A stretch of DNA of 24,000 nucleotides. It comes from an uncultured Jatrophihabitans sp. GTDB taxonomy: Bacteria; Actinomycetota; Actinomycetes; Mycobacteriales; Jatrophihabitantaceae. The stretch lies in NCBI RefSeq assembly GCF_964246335.1, contig NZ_CAXTQF010000029.1, positions 15,128-39,127 on the forward strand. Reading direction: 5' to 3'. How positions within the stretch are numbered: the stretch's first letter is position 1; the number at the start of each line of letters is the position of its first letter. Made by a program: the position numbers and the translations under genes. This document shows positions 1 to 10,628 of this stretch, in pieces. The notes below the pieces were generated by a model. That model ran no database searches. It was not told the DNA's origin and saw only the letters and a program-made list of their open reading frames with translations.

Positions 1-53
1 TGTCGGCTCGATCGCTCATCAGCTGGCTCCTCGGTCGGGGACGGTGCTGGTCT

Positions 54-1352
54 TCAGTGCAGGACGGCATAGAGCAGGTAGGCGTTGAGCGTGATGATCG
101 TGGCGGCCACAGCTGACATCAACGCCGTCGTCGTCGCTCGATTCGCGTGCGGTCCCATGACGTCGGCGCGGCGGCTGAGCATGGTCAGCGGGACGAGGGC
201 GAACGGGACCCCGAAGGACAGCAGCACCTGCGACACCACGAGCGTCGACGTCAACGGCAGGCCGAGGCCGAGCACGACGAGTGCCGGGAGCATCGTGACG
301 CCGCGCCGGACGAACAGCGGGACCTGGCGCCGCAGGTAACCCGCCATCACCACCTGTCCCGCGTAGGTGCCGACGCTCGACGACGAGAGCCCGGACGCGA
401 GCAGGGCCACCGCGAACGCGACGGCGGTGCCGCCGCCCGCGAGCTCGGCGAGCCCGGCGTGTGCGGCGACGATGGAGTCCGCGTGCTGGCCGCTCAGTCC
501 GGAGAACACCGCCGCCGCGACGACCAGCATCACCACGTTGATCACGCCGGCCAGCCCGAGCGCGACGACGACGTCCAGCCGCTGGACGCGCAGCACCGAG
601 CGCCGCTCCCGATCGTTCACGAACGGAGACAGGTTCTTGGTCAACGCCGAATGCAGGTAGACGACGTGCGGCATGACCGTCGCGCCGACGATCCCGGCGG
701 CGAGCACGACGCTGTCCGCGCCGGCGAAGTGCGGCACAAGACCGCCGGCGACCGCACTCGCATGCGCGCCCACCGACGCCAGGTCGTAGAGGAACCCCGA
801 CAGCACCAGCGCGAGCAGCGCCACGACCACGAGCTCGAAGCGCCGGCGCCCGTGCTGCTCGAGCCCGAGGATGACGAAGGCGACGACCGCGGTGATGAGT
901 CCGGCAGGCAGCAGCGGCACTCCGAAGAGCAGGTTCAGCCCGATGGCGGCGCCGACGAACTCTGCGATGTCCGTTGCCATCGCGACGACCTCGGCCTGCA
1001 CCCACAGCAGCGTCGACGCGGTCCGCGGGAACCTCTCCCGGCACAGCTCGGGCAGGTCCCGGCCGGTGACGACGCCGACCTTCGCCGACTGGTACTGCAC
1101 GAGCATCGCCATCACGTTGGCGACGACCACGACCCAGATGAGCGTGTAACCGTACTTCGCGCCGGCGGAGAAGTTCGTCGCGAAATTGCCCGGGTCGATG
1201 TAGGCGACCGAGGCCACGAACGCCGGGCCGACGAGGCCGGCGGCGACACGCCACCGGCTGCGCTCCCCGACTGCGGGATCCGCCGCGGTCGAGGAGGGCT
1301 CAGCGTCGTCGGAGACCGGACCGCGGTGTCCGGCCGTCCTCGTGTCGAACAC
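54..1352 (-). CDS. mntH: Nramp-family divalent metal (Mn2+/Fe2+):H+ symporter
   Basis: 432-aa polytopic ORF with the Nramp signature region VAYIDPGNFATNFSAGAKYGYTLIWVVVVANVMAMLVQYQSAKVGVVTGRDLPELCRE. GTG start at 1352 leaves about 40 aa before the GPAFVA helix, as in mycobacterial MntH. Stop TGA at 54..56. Confidence 0.9.
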   Translation of the reverse strand: MFDTRTAGHRGPVSDDAEPSSTAADPAVGERSRWRVAAGLVGPAFVASVAYIDPGNFATNFSAGAKYGYTLIWVVVVANVMAMLVQYQSAKVGVVTGRDLPELCRERFPRTASTLLWVQAEVVAMATDIAEFVGAAIGLNLLFGVPLLPAGLITAVVAFVILGLEQHGRRRFELVVVALLALVLSGFLYDLASVGAHASAVAGGLVPHFAGADSVVLAAGIVGATVMPHVVYLHSALTKNLSPFVNDRERRSVLRVQRLDVVVALGLAGVINVVMLVVAAAVFSGLSGQHADSIVAAHAGLAELAGGGTAVAFAVALLASGLSSSSVGTYAGQVVMAGYLRRQVPLFVRRGVTMLPALVVLGLGLPLTSTLVVSQVLLSFGVPFALVPLTMLSRRADVMGPHANRATTTALMSAVAATIITLNAYLLYAVLH

Positions 1353-1358
1353 CCATGA

Positions 1359-3077
<1,719 letters not shown>

Positions 3078-4106
3078 TCAGGGAACGAGAATCGCCCGGC
3101 CGCGGACCTCGCCCGCGTCGAGGTCGTGCAGCGCCTCCTGGGCGGCGTCGAGCGGGTAGGTCTTCGTGTGCAGCGTGACCTTGCCGGCCTGGGCGAGCAC
3201 CATCAGCTCGGCCAGCTCGTTGTAGGTGCCGACGATGTTGCCGATCACGTTGCGTTCGGTGCTGACGACGTCGAGCGTCGGGACGTGCAGCTCGCCGCCG
3301 TAGCCGATGACGTAGTACGAGCCGCCCGGACGGGTCATCGCCCAGCCGTCGCGTTCCGCACCCTCCTCGGCGACGAAGTCGAACACCACGTCGGCGCCGG
3401 CACCGTCGGTCAGCTGCAGCACCGCGTCGACGTGCTTGCCGTCGGCCACCACGGTCTGGTTCGCGCCGAGCGACTCGGCCAGTTTGAGCGCAGCGGGATT
3501 GCGGTCGACGACGATGATGTTGGTCGCGGTCAGCGCGGTCAGGCACTGCACGCCGATGTGGCCGAGGCCGCCGGCCCCGATCACCACCGCGGTCGTCCCC
3601 GGATAGAGCAGCGGCACCGCCTTGCGCACCGCGTGGTAGGCGGTGATGCCGGCGTCGGCCAGCGCGGCGAGGGCGTTCGGCTGCGTCGACGGGGCGAGCT
3701 TGATGCACGCGCGCGCCGACGTGAGCAGGTACTCGGCCATCCCGCCGTCGGTGCCGTCCAGGCCGGGGAAGACGCTGAGTTCGCAGTGCATGTCCTGCCC
3801 GGCGCGGCACGCGCGGCACAGCCCGCAGGTCGGCGTCGGGTGCAGGATGACGGTGTCGCCGACCGCGACGTTGGTGACCGCCGAGCCGACCTCGTGCACC
3901 CAGCCGGCGTTCTCGTGCCCGATCGTGTACGGCAGGGTCGGGTGCATCGCCTCGTCCCACTGGCCGAGGATGATGTGCAGGTCGGTGCGGCACACACCGG
4001 CGCCACCGATCTTCACGACGACGTCCGTCGGCCCCTTGACGGTCGGCTCGTCCACCTCGTCGACGGTGGGTTGTTCGTTGTAGGCGTGCAACCGGACGGC
4101 CTTCAT
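3078..4106 (-). CDS. Zn-dependent medium-chain alcohol dehydrogenase (likely secondary-alcohol/2-propanol dehydrogenase)
   Basis: 342 aa. Catalytic Zn motifs GVCRTDLH and GHENAG. Structural Zn cluster CGLCRACRAGQDMHC (C-x2-C-x2-C-x7-C). NAD fold GAGGLG. The start ATG shares one nt with the upstream stop (TGATG at 4104..4108). Confidence 0.9.
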   Translation of the reverse strand: MKAVRLHAYNEQPTVDEVDEPTVKGPTDVVVKIGGAGVCRTDLHIILGQWDEAMHPTLPYTIGHENAGWVHEVGSAVTNVAVGDTVILHPTPTCGLCRACRAGQDMHCELSVFPGLDGTDGGMAEYLLTSARACIKLAPSTQPNALAALADAGITAYHAVRKAVPLLYPGTTAVVIGAGGLGHIGVQCLTALTATNIIVVDRNPAALKLAESLGANQTVVADGKHVDAVLQLTDGAGADVVFDFVAEEGAERDGWAMTRPGGSYYVIGYGGELHVPTLDVVSTERNVIGNIVGTYNELAELMVLAQAGKVTLHTKTYPLDAAQEALHDLDAGEVRGRAILVP

Positions 4107-4828
4107 CAGTCATCTCCTTCGGGGTCCACGGGCAGGCCGTAACGGTTGGCGAGCATGCCTTTGCACACGTGGCCGTTGGCCTCGAGGTTGACCCGCGTGA
4201 GCCGCGCCTTGCCCAGGTGCAGCCGCAGGTCGTCGGGTGCGACGGCCGCGCCGGTCCGCACGTCGATCAGCAGCGGCGCGTCGTCGCCGGCCGGTAGCCC
4301 GAGCTGGGCACGGCGTGCGCGCAGCCGGTCGACGTCGTCGCTGTGCGGCAGGTCGGCCAACGTCAACGTGGCCAGCTCGGCCGGCGTGCGGCGCAGCTGC
4401 CGAACGACGCGGTCGGTGCCGGCCAGGACGGCTTTGCGGACGAAGTCCGCGCGCAGCGTGTCCAACTCACCGTCGGCCAGGCTGCCGAACGACTCGACGA
4501 AGCCGGCACGCGCGGCGACGCCGGCATTGATGTCGGTCGAGGCGAAGTGGTCGTCGAGCAGCACCACCGCCCGCGTCACGCCGGGCACCGCGGCCACCGC
4601 TTCGTAGGCATCGGCCACCATCAGGAACGCGAAGTTCGGCGCACAGAAGTACGTCGGCAGTCGCAGATGCACCTCGGCGACGCCGTCGTCGCCGACCTCG
4701 CAGGAGGCGACGAAACCCAGTGACGTCACCGGCTCGTCGATCTCCGGGTCGATCACGGAGTCGAGAGCGCGCAGCACCAGGGAGCGCGCCGGCAGTGCCA
4801 GCACGCTCCCCTGGTTGGGCTGCGTCAT
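4106..4828 (-). CDS. DUF59 (MIP18/PaaD-like, Fe-S/metallocentre-assembly family) domain protein with an uncharacterised C-terminal half
   Basis: I trimmed the 453-aa track ORF to the ATG at 4828 (MTQPNQGSVL...), giving 240 aa. That ATG overlaps the amidohydrolase stop (ATGA). The N-terminal LDSVIDPEIDEPVTSLGFV ... LRLPTYFCAPNF is typical DUF59. I do not recognise the C-terminal roughly 140 aa. Confidence 0.75.
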   Translation of the reverse strand: MTQPNQGSVLALPARSLVLRALDSVIDPEIDEPVTSLGFVASCEVGDDGVAEVHLRLPTYFCAPNFAFLMVADAYEAVAAVPGVTRAVVLLDDHFASTDINAGVAARAGFVESFGSLADGELDTLRADFVRKAVLAGTDRVVRQLRRTPAELATLTLADLPHSDDVDRLRARRAQLGLPAGDDAPLLIDVRTGAAVAPDDLRLHLGKARLTRVNLEANGHVCKGMLANRYGLPVDPEGDD

Positions 4829-5874
4829 GCCTGGCCTTGGACGAGCTCCGCGTCGTCGCGCCTCGCGGGCTCGCTCTGGTCGGCGATCTGGCACTCGGCC
4901 GGGACGTCGATGTCGTAGAGCTTGGCCGCGTTGAGGCCGAGAATCTTCTTCTTGGTGTCGACGTTGACCCGCGGGTAGTCGGAGAACTCGTCGCTCGGGT
5001 AGTCCCAGTCGACGAACCCCTCGACCTGCCACTTCGGTTCCCAGATGCCGTAGTCGCTGCCGAAGGTCATCTTGTCCTCGCCGACCCAGAACAGCAGCTC
5101 GCCCATCACCTTCGCGAAGAACTTCGGCCGGGCGTACATCAGGCCACCGATGACGACCGAGAGGCCCGCGTAGACGTTGGGCTCCTGCGTCGCCATGAAG
5201 CAGAAGTCCTCGATGCGCGGCAGGCCGACGTGTTCGACGATGAAGTTCAGTTCGGGGAAGTCGGTGGCCGCGTGATCGACGTCGGACACGTCGAAAGCGT
5301 CCTTGTCCAACGGCCAGATCGTCGGGCCCTTGTGCACGTGGACGTTCTTGATCCCCAGCTCTCGGGCCTTGTCCAAGAACCGGTAGCAGTCGGGGTCGCT
5401 GAGCTTGTAGCCGCGCGAACCGTTGTTCCACTCGGCGGTGTAGAGCTTGATCCCCTTGGCGTTCCACCGCTTGACGTTGTCGGCGAACTCCTTCAGGCCG
5501 CTGTCACCGTCACGCGGGTCGAACCGGGTGTTGACGATGAACTTGCCCGGGTACTTCTCGGCCAGCGCGCCGTTCTTCTCGGTGGTGTTGAAGCCTTCCG
5601 AGTACCACTCCTTGAGGTACGTCGGCTGGAAGACCGCGACGTCGACGTGCCCCTTGTCGAACACGTCGCTCATCAGGTCGTCCTCGGAGTACCCCTCGAA
5701 GTGCTCGATCGACCAGTGCGTCTCGGGCGGCCCGAGCGACTGGTAGGCGTGGAAGCATTCGATCCACCCCTTGGCGTACTGCTCCTGGCCCTTGACCCAG
5801 TTCTCCGGTGTGGCGTCCCAGAAGTGCATGTGGCTGTCGACCACGAAGTACTTCTCGCCGTCCTTCTCGTACAC
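4825..5874 (-). CDS. Amidohydrolase-2 family metal-dependent hydrolase (TIM barrel)
   Basis: 349 aa. N-terminal VVDSHMHFW (HxH metal motif). GTG start at 5874 is preceded by AGGAG plus 6 nt. It sits at the conserved position after the coupling protein in prm/mim-type clusters. Confidence 0.8.
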   Translation of the reverse strand: MYEKDGEKYFVVDSHMHFWDATPENWVKGQEQYAKGWIECFHAYQSLGPPETHWSIEHFEGYSEDDLMSDVFDKGHVDVAVFQPTYLKEWYSEGFNTTEKNGALAEKYPGKFIVNTRFDPRDGDSGLKEFADNVKRWNAKGIKLYTAEWNNGSRGYKLSDPDCYRFLDKARELGIKNVHVHKGPTIWPLDKDAFDVSDVDHAATDFPELNFIVEHVGLPRIEDFCFMATQEPNVYAGLSVVIGGLMYARPKFFAKVMGELLFWVGEDKMTFGSDYGIWEPKWQVEGFVDWDYPSDEFSDYPRVNVDTKKKILGLNAAKLYDIDVPAECQIADQSEPARRDDAELVQGQA

Positions 5875-5912
5875 GTACGTCTCCTCACTTGCGCCGCAGC
5901 GCAGATGGACGG

Positions 5913-6287
5913 TCAGCGGGCCTTGAGGTCGAACCCGAGATATTCGGCTGCTTCCTCCGGGTTCGAGAACATGATCGTTCTGTCGTCCAGGTGGACCATG
6001 CGGCCGTAGTGCGTCGACATGTTGTTCTCGAACTCCGAGGCGCTGAAGAAGCCCTCTTCCTCACCGAGCGCCGCGTCCATGTCGTCGTAGACGACGTCGA
6101 AACGGCCGACCCCGTCGACGCGGATCATCGACGGCAGCGGCGTGACCGTCACGTTGTCGATGCGCGACAGCACCTTCGCCATCACGGCGCCGATCTGGTT
6201 GTTCATCAGCGTGAAGCCGCACATGTTCGAGAACGTCTTGTCGGACTTGAACGGGCTCTCGCTCGTCTTGAACCTGGTTTCGGTCAC
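5913..6287 (-). CDS. mimD: SDIMO coupling/effector protein (MmoB/DmpM family)
   Basis: The track ORF (216 aa) has an Arg/Gly-rich, non-coding-looking N-terminus. I call the GTG at 6287 (VTETRFKTSESPF...), which overlaps the small-subunit stop (GTGA), giving 124 aa. Size and position match the fourth gene of mimABCD/prmABCD. The start is less certain; an alternative ATG lies at MCGFTLMNN. Confidence 0.75.
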   Translation of the reverse strand: MTETRFKTSESPFKSDKTFSNMCGFTLMNNQIGAVMAKVLSRIDNVTVTPLPSMIRVDGVGRFDVVYDDMDAALGEEEGFFSASEFENNMSTHYGRMVHLDDRTIMFSNPEEAAEYLGFDLKAR

Positions 6288-7453
6288 TGCGACAGCTCCT
6301 TCGGCGACTTCAGGGACAGGTCGGACAGGATCTCGGCGAACCGGCTCTTGGCCCGGTCGAGGCCATCCTCGAACCGCGGCGCCTTGGCGTCCGGCTGCGA
6401 CCAGATGGGTTGTAGCCGGCGCGCAGCCGCGATGGAGCGTTCCGTCCACTTCGACAGCCAGCCGTCCAGGATCGACTTGTTGTGCTCGGCGAACTCCTTG
6501 TCGTTCGTCAGCAGCTCGAACATCGCCTTCGTGTACCGCAGGTCGCGCTCGGCGTAGTCCCACTCGCCCGCGCCGACGACCGTCGGCGTCACGTAGTCGC
6601 CGTTGCGCGGCGCGGCCTGCTGCACCAGGTTGCTGCGGAGGAGCTCACCCACTAGCGGCTCGAACACGACGTTGACCGCGAACACGGCTTCGCACCAGTC
6701 GTCGATGCAAGTTATCTGCTCGGCGACCTCACGCACGCCCTGCCAGGCGTCGTCGCTGTTCCACGTCTCGACGTGCGCCGAGCCGTCGAAGCCCTCGATC
6801 TCCTCGCTGAGCGTGAGGTTGTAGAGCGCGAGGTCCTGGGCGAAGCGGATCCGGTGCATGCTGTTCACCGAGATCGCGTTGTTGTGCATGTTCGTGGGCG
6901 CCCGCCGGTTGGCGTTCGCGAACACGTACAGCCCGAAACCGTGATCGACGTGCATCCAGGCGCCGACGTTGCGCTCGACGAACGTCACCCAGTTCGGGCT
7001 CCACTGGCTGAACGCCTTGGTCTGGCGCGCGGTCTCCACGTTCTGGTTGATCTGCCGCACGACGTTGGAGTTGTAGCGGTAGAAGGTGAGTTCCCACTCC
7101 TCGTTCGGGTCGCGGAACTCGTGCCACCCGTGGGCCGGCCAGTCGTAACCCTTGCCGCCCGATCCCGGGTAGCGCTCGGGTTCGGGACGGTCACTGCCCC
7201 AGGCCTTGAGCGCCGTCCAGTCGAGCGGGTAACCGCCGCGGCCGTCGGAGAAGCCGTAGATCCACCCCTGGGACAGGTAGTGGCGCGGGTCGGGCTGGAC
7301 CTCGACAGTGACGTCCTCGTAGTGCGACTGACGCCGCTTCGCCGGGGTGAAGTAGTTGTAGCTGCGCGCGGTCGAGTCCGGGAACTCCTTGGCGCCTGCC
7401 TCGGCGTCGGTGAATTCCGGTCTCGGTGCGCTGCGTTCCGTGGTCTCGGTCAT
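6284..7453 (-). CDS. mimC: SDIMO hydroxylase small (beta) subunit
   Basis: I trimmed the 484-aa track ORF to the ATG at 7453 (MTETTERSAPRPEF...), which is 2 nt after the reductase stop, giving 389 aa. It is the third gene in the large subunit, reductase, small subunit, coupling protein order diagnostic of propane/acetone-type SDIMOs. Confidence 0.85.
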   Translation of the reverse strand: MTETTERSAPRPEFTDAEAGAKEFPDSTARSYNYFTPAKRRQSHYEDVTVEVQPDPRHYLSQGWIYGFSDGRGGYPLDWTALKAWGSDRPEPERYPGSGGKGYDWPAHGWHEFRDPNEEWELTFYRYNSNVVRQINQNVETARQTKAFSQWSPNWVTFVERNVGAWMHVDHGFGLYVFANANRRAPTNMHNNAISVNSMHRIRFAQDLALYNLTLSEEIEGFDGSAHVETWNSDDAWQGVREVAEQITCIDDWCEAVFAVNVVFEPLVGELLRSNLVQQAAPRNGDYVTPTVVGAGEWDYAERDLRYTKAMFELLTNDKEFAEHNKSILDGWLSKWTERSIAAARRLQPIWSQPDAKAPRFEDGLDRAKSRFAEILSDLSLKSPKELSQ

Positions 7454-7455
7454 GG

Positions 7456-8502
7456 CTACTCTCTCCCCGGGTCGCCGGTTGTGGTGAATTTGTCGTAGTA
7501 GATGTGTTTCTCGTCCGCGCCCAGCGCGACGAGTGCTTCCATCGCCGCCTCGACCATCGGCGGCGGCCCGCAGACGTAGCAGTCGGCGGCGGACAGGTCG
7601 GTCTCGTTCTTGCTCATCACGTCGGTGATCAGCCCGGTCTCGCCGTCCCACCCGTCGCCCTCGTGATCGGACAACGCAGGGACGAAGCGGAAGTTCGCCA
7701 ACTGGCCCTGCAGGTTCGCCAGCTCCTCGGTGAAGCACAGATCGGGGACCTGTCGGGCGCCGTAGTAGTAGGTCGCCTTGCGGGTGCTGCCCCGCTCGGC
7801 CAACGAGCGCAGCACCGACAGGATCGGCGCCATCCCGGCGCCGCCGCCGAGGAACACCATGTCCGAGTCGCGCCCGTCGCGCAGGGTGAAGACGCCGAAC
7901 GGGCCGGTCAGCTCGAGGACGTCACCGACCTTGAGCTGCGTGTCGAGATATCCGGAGAACAGGCCGCCCGGGTAGATGCGGATGACGAACTCGAGTTCGG
8001 TGCCGCCGGAAGACGGGGTGTTGGCAACGGAGAACGAGCGGGTCTCGTCGGTGCCGGGAACGGTGAAGTCCCAGTACTGGCCGGCGAAGAAGTTGACGCT
8101 CTCCGGCTCGACGATCTTCACCTTGACGTGTCGCATGTCGCGGGTGACGGGATCCACCGAGACGACTTCGGCCTTGGCCCGCTGGATGGGGTGCCCGGAC
8201 CGGATCATCTCCTCGTCGTAGTTGAGCAGCTCGATCGTCACGTCCTCGTAGACGTGCGCCCGGCACAGCAGCGTGAAGCCCTCGTCCTTCTCGAAGTCGG
8301 GCAGCGCGAAGGTGGAGTACTTGTCGAGCTCGATGTCGTCGCCGTCGAGGACGAAGGACTTGCAGGAGGCGCACTGCCCTTCCTTGCAGCCGTGCATGAG
8401 CATGATGCCCTGCTCGGTAGCGGCGCGCAGCACGTTCTGTTCCTCGTCGACCTCGATCTCGATGCCGACGGGCTCGAAGCGTACTGAGTGCTTGTCAGCC
8501 AA
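7456..8502 (-). CDS. mimB: SDIMO NADH oxidoreductase (plant-type 2Fe-2S ferredoxin plus FNR-like FAD/NAD domain)
   Basis: 348 aa. 2Fe-2S ligands CKEGQCASC (C-x4-C-x2-C) plus a later LLCRAH. FAD motif RSFSVAN. NAD motif GGGAGMAP. The start is TTG at 8502, with AGGAG 7 nt upstream. Confidence 0.9.
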   Translation of the reverse strand: MADKHSVRFEPVGIEIEVDEEQNVLRAATEQGIMLMHGCKEGQCASCKSFVLDGDDIELDKYSTFALPDFEKDEGFTLLCRAHVYEDVTIELLNYDEEMIRSGHPIQRAKAEVVSVDPVTRDMRHVKVKIVEPESVNFFAGQYWDFTVPGTDETRSFSVANTPSSGGTELEFVIRIYPGGLFSGYLDTQLKVGDVLELTGPFGVFTLRDGRDSDMVFLGGGAGMAPILSVLRSLAERGSTRKATYYYGARQVPDLCFTEELANLQGQLANFRFVPALSDHEGDGWDGETGLITDVMSKNETDLSAADCYVCGPPPMVEAAMEALVALGADEKHIYYDKFTTTGDPGRE

Positions 8503-8540
8503 AACCTCGCTCCTCGCTCGTCGTCGTGATCTGGTCCGAA

Positions 8541-8573
8541 GGAGGAGGCCCGGTGTTGCACCGGGCCTCCTCC
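8541..8573 (-). promoter_or_regulatory. Perfect 15-bp GC-rich stem-loop in the mimA-mimB intercistronic spacer
   Basis: GGAGGAGGCCCGGTG (8541..8555), loop TTG, CACCGGGCCTCCTCC (8559..8573), with perfect complementarity. It lies in the 91-nt gap between the mimA stop (8594) and the mimB start (8502). No clear U-tract follows on the transcribed strand. Confidence 0.6.
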
Positions 8574-8593
8574 GGAGTGCGGTCTGTTCCTCC

Positions 8594-10246
8594 TCAGGCG
8601 TCGGCAGGCGCCGGGCGGCCGGCGGGACCCTGCTTGACGTAGTCGGCGTGGTACGCCTTCTGCTCGTCCGCGCTCATCTCGTTGAGCAGCACGTTCGGGC
8701 TCTGCAGCGGCGGGCACCGGCGCAGGTGGTCGAGCGTCCACATCTTCTTCGGGTCCAGATTCAGGTGCGGCTGTGCCGTGAGCGTCTTGCCGTCGTCGCG
8801 CACGTAGCCCATGTCGGAGACGACGTCGGCCCAGTTCCAGCCGTGGTAGAGCGTCTCCCACTCGCGCTTGCCGATCAGCTGACCCATGTTCGGCGTATCG
8901 CGACCCTCGTACGTGGGCCGGAACGCGACGGTGTCCGTCCACCGGCAGGCCTCGTGGCAGTAGGTGCGCATCTGCCCGTCGACCTCGGCCATGACCATGT
9001 CCTCACGGACCAGGCAGGGCACCATGCAGGTCCAGCACCGGGCCGGGTAGACGTAGTCGACGTCCTCGAGCGCGATCGGGTTGTGCCCGTTCGCGACCGA
9101 CAGGCGGGCGTAGTTCTCCCACCAGGCGCCGTACTTGTCGTACCAGCCCGGGTACTTGTACTCGAACCACTCGAAGTCCTCGTCGGTCATCGGGTCGATG
9201 CGCCAGTAGTTGGCGAGCCACCCGGTGGCGAAGAACTGCGCGACCTCGTGCACGTAGCCCTTGTTCCAGATCTGGTTCCACGACTCTTCGATCAGGTCGT
9301 GCGGGATCTCCAGGCCGTACTTCTCCAGCGGGACGAGGTAGCTGCGGTAGTAGTCGTCGTAGATCCACCGACGCCACATCTCCGCATAGCTCTCCCGATC
9401 CTTGCGGCGGTCCTTCGTGCCGTACTCGATGAAGGTGCCGATCGCGGCGTCCACGACCCGGTGGTTGTTCCACCACGCGTAACGCAGGTCGCGGGCCAGC
9501 AGCTGGTGGTTGCTCTCGTCCGACAGTGCCATCAGCAGCGTCGCGTACCCGTTGCTGATGTGCCGCGACTCGTCCGACTGCACGGAGTGGAACACCGTCG
9601 GCAACAGGTAGTCACCGTTGGCGGCCGCCTCGGCCGGCATCGCGACGAACAGCGTGTTCGTGAACGCCGTCTCGGCGACGATGGTCAAGTAGATGCTCGC
9701 GGCGGTGATCGCATCGCCGGTGATGAAGCCCTCCGCGAACTGCCGCCCGATGGTGCCGCAGTAGTCGTTTTGGAAGTTCTTCAGGCTGCTGTTGAAGCCG
9801 GCCGGGTCGATGTAGTTGTTCATGTACAGGCGCTTGAGGTTCTGCTGGATCGTCGAGTGGCGAACCTCGTCGATCATCTGGATCGCCTGCCCGTTGTGCA
9901 GCTCCGGGTTCGGCACCGTGTTGAACAGCAGCGGCATCGCGCGCGCCGCGGAGATCTCCGGCAACGGGATGATCGACAGGAACAGCTTCTGCCATTCCAG
10001 CCACCGCTCCTGCACCTGGCGGAACATGTTGCCGCGAATCGCGCCGTCGGATGCCCCGTAAACGCGGTGGTCCTTCTCCTCCTCCATCGGGAAGTAGGAC
10101 CGCAACACCTGCTTGAGCGGGTCCTTCTTCTTCGCCTTCTGGAAGGTGTAGTCGGTGCCGTACTGCGAGACCGGCGTGTGGTACAGCGGATCCCAGGACA
10201 GCTCCTGGATCTTTTCGTGGGCCTTGGCCACGCTCTGACGACTCAT
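8594..10246 (-). CDS. mimA: SDIMO hydroxylase large (alpha) subunit, propane/acetone/phenol monooxygenase type
   Basis: I trimmed the track ORF to the ATG at 10246 ([13 protein letters not shown]...), with GAGGAG 7 nt upstream, giving 550 aa. Both di-iron ExxH motifs are present (MIDEVRHST and [11 protein letters not shown]). From memory, the sequence is close to the MimA/PrmA large subunits of Mycolicibacterium, Rhodococcus and Gordonia. Confidence 0.93.
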   Translation of the reverse strand: MSRQSVAKAHEKIQELSWDPLYHTPVSQYGTDYTFQKAKKKDPLKQVLRSYFPMEEEKDHRVYGASDGAIRGNMFRQVQERWLEWQKLFLSIIPLPEISAARAMPLLFNTVPNPELHNGQAIQMIDEVRHSTIQQNLKRLYMNNYIDPAGFNSSLKNFQNDYCGTIGRQFAEGFITGDAITAASIYLTIVAETAFTNTLFVAMPAEAAANGDYLLPTVFHSVQSDESRHISNGYATLLMALSDESNHQLLARDLRYAWWNNHRVVDAAIGTFIEYGTKDRRKDRESYAEMWRRWIYDDYYRSYLVPLEKYGLEIPHDLIEESWNQIWNKGYVHEVAQFFATGWLANYWRIDPMTDEDFEWFEYKYPGWYDKYGAWWENYARLSVANGHNPIALEDVDYVYPARCWTCMVPCLVREDMVMAEVDGQMRTYCHEACRWTDTVAFRPTYEGRDTPNMGQLIGKREWETLYHGWNWADVVSDMGYVRDDGKTLTAQPHLNLDPKKMWTLDHLRRCPPLQSPNVLLNEMSADEQKAYHADYVKQGPAGRPAPADA

Positions 10247-10312
10247 TGCCACACTCCTCGGGTAGACAGGTGCGTCATCTGGCAATCAGACCCGGCCGCG
10301 GACGGTCGCCAA

Positions 10313-10327
10313 GTCTCAGTACGAGAC
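10313..10327. promoter_or_regulatory. Dyad GTCTC-AGTAC-GAGAC (copy 1 of a recurrent 15-bp operator-like motif)
   Basis: Perfect 5-bp arms. It lies 16 nt after the orf94 stop and 67..81 nt upstream of the mimA ATG. Confidence 0.55.
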
Positions 10328-10343
10328 ACCTGTCGTCGAGGCA

Positions 10344-10628
10344 TCACGCCTCGGTCCCGCGCTCGAAGACGACGGCGCGGATCTCGTCGAGATCCCTGCG
10401 CACCTGACGCATCACCTCGCGGTTGCCCTCGGCGAGTGGCTCGATCCCGAGTGAGCGCAGCAGCGCCCGAGCCGGCTCGGCGGGATCGCCGGCCTCGCCG
10501 AGGACCGGGTGCAACCCCTCGTCGGCGAGCTGCGCGAACACCGTGTGGACCACTGTCCACGGGTTGTACGTCTCGACATCCGATTCGTCGGCCGGCAAGT
10601 TGCTCAGCTGACTGTCCCCGACTCGCAC
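10344..10628 (-). CDS. Hypothetical acidic 94-aa protein between the regulator and mimA
   Basis: The reading frame has a strong GC3 bias (for example CTC GAC GAG ATC CGC GCC GTC GTC TTC GAG). The track start is TTG at 10649, but GGAGG plus 7 nt precedes the GTG at 10628, which I prefer. I recognise no family. Confidence 0.55.
   Translation of the reverse strand: MRVGDSQLSNLPADESDVETYNPWTVVHTVFAQLADEGLHPVLGEAGDPAEPARALLRSLGIEPLAEGNREVMRQVRRDLDEIRAVVFERGTEA

Noticed and set aside
19-1358. Long ORFs 19..1254 (-) 411 aa and 147..1358 (+) 403 aa overlapping mntH
   Set aside because: The translations are Arg/Gly/Pro/Asp-rich and low in complexity, typical of off-frame or antisense ORFs in high-GC DNA. 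The mntH frame carries the recognisable Nramp motifs.
6288-7738. N-terminal extensions of the track ORFs for mimC (to 7738), mimD (to 6563), the DUF59 gene (to 5467), rlmB (to 18754) and cysS (to 20058)
   Set aside because: The extensions overlap the upstream gene in another frame, are Arg-rich, and lack SD sequences. Internal starts coincide with stop/start overlaps or good SDs and with where homology begins.
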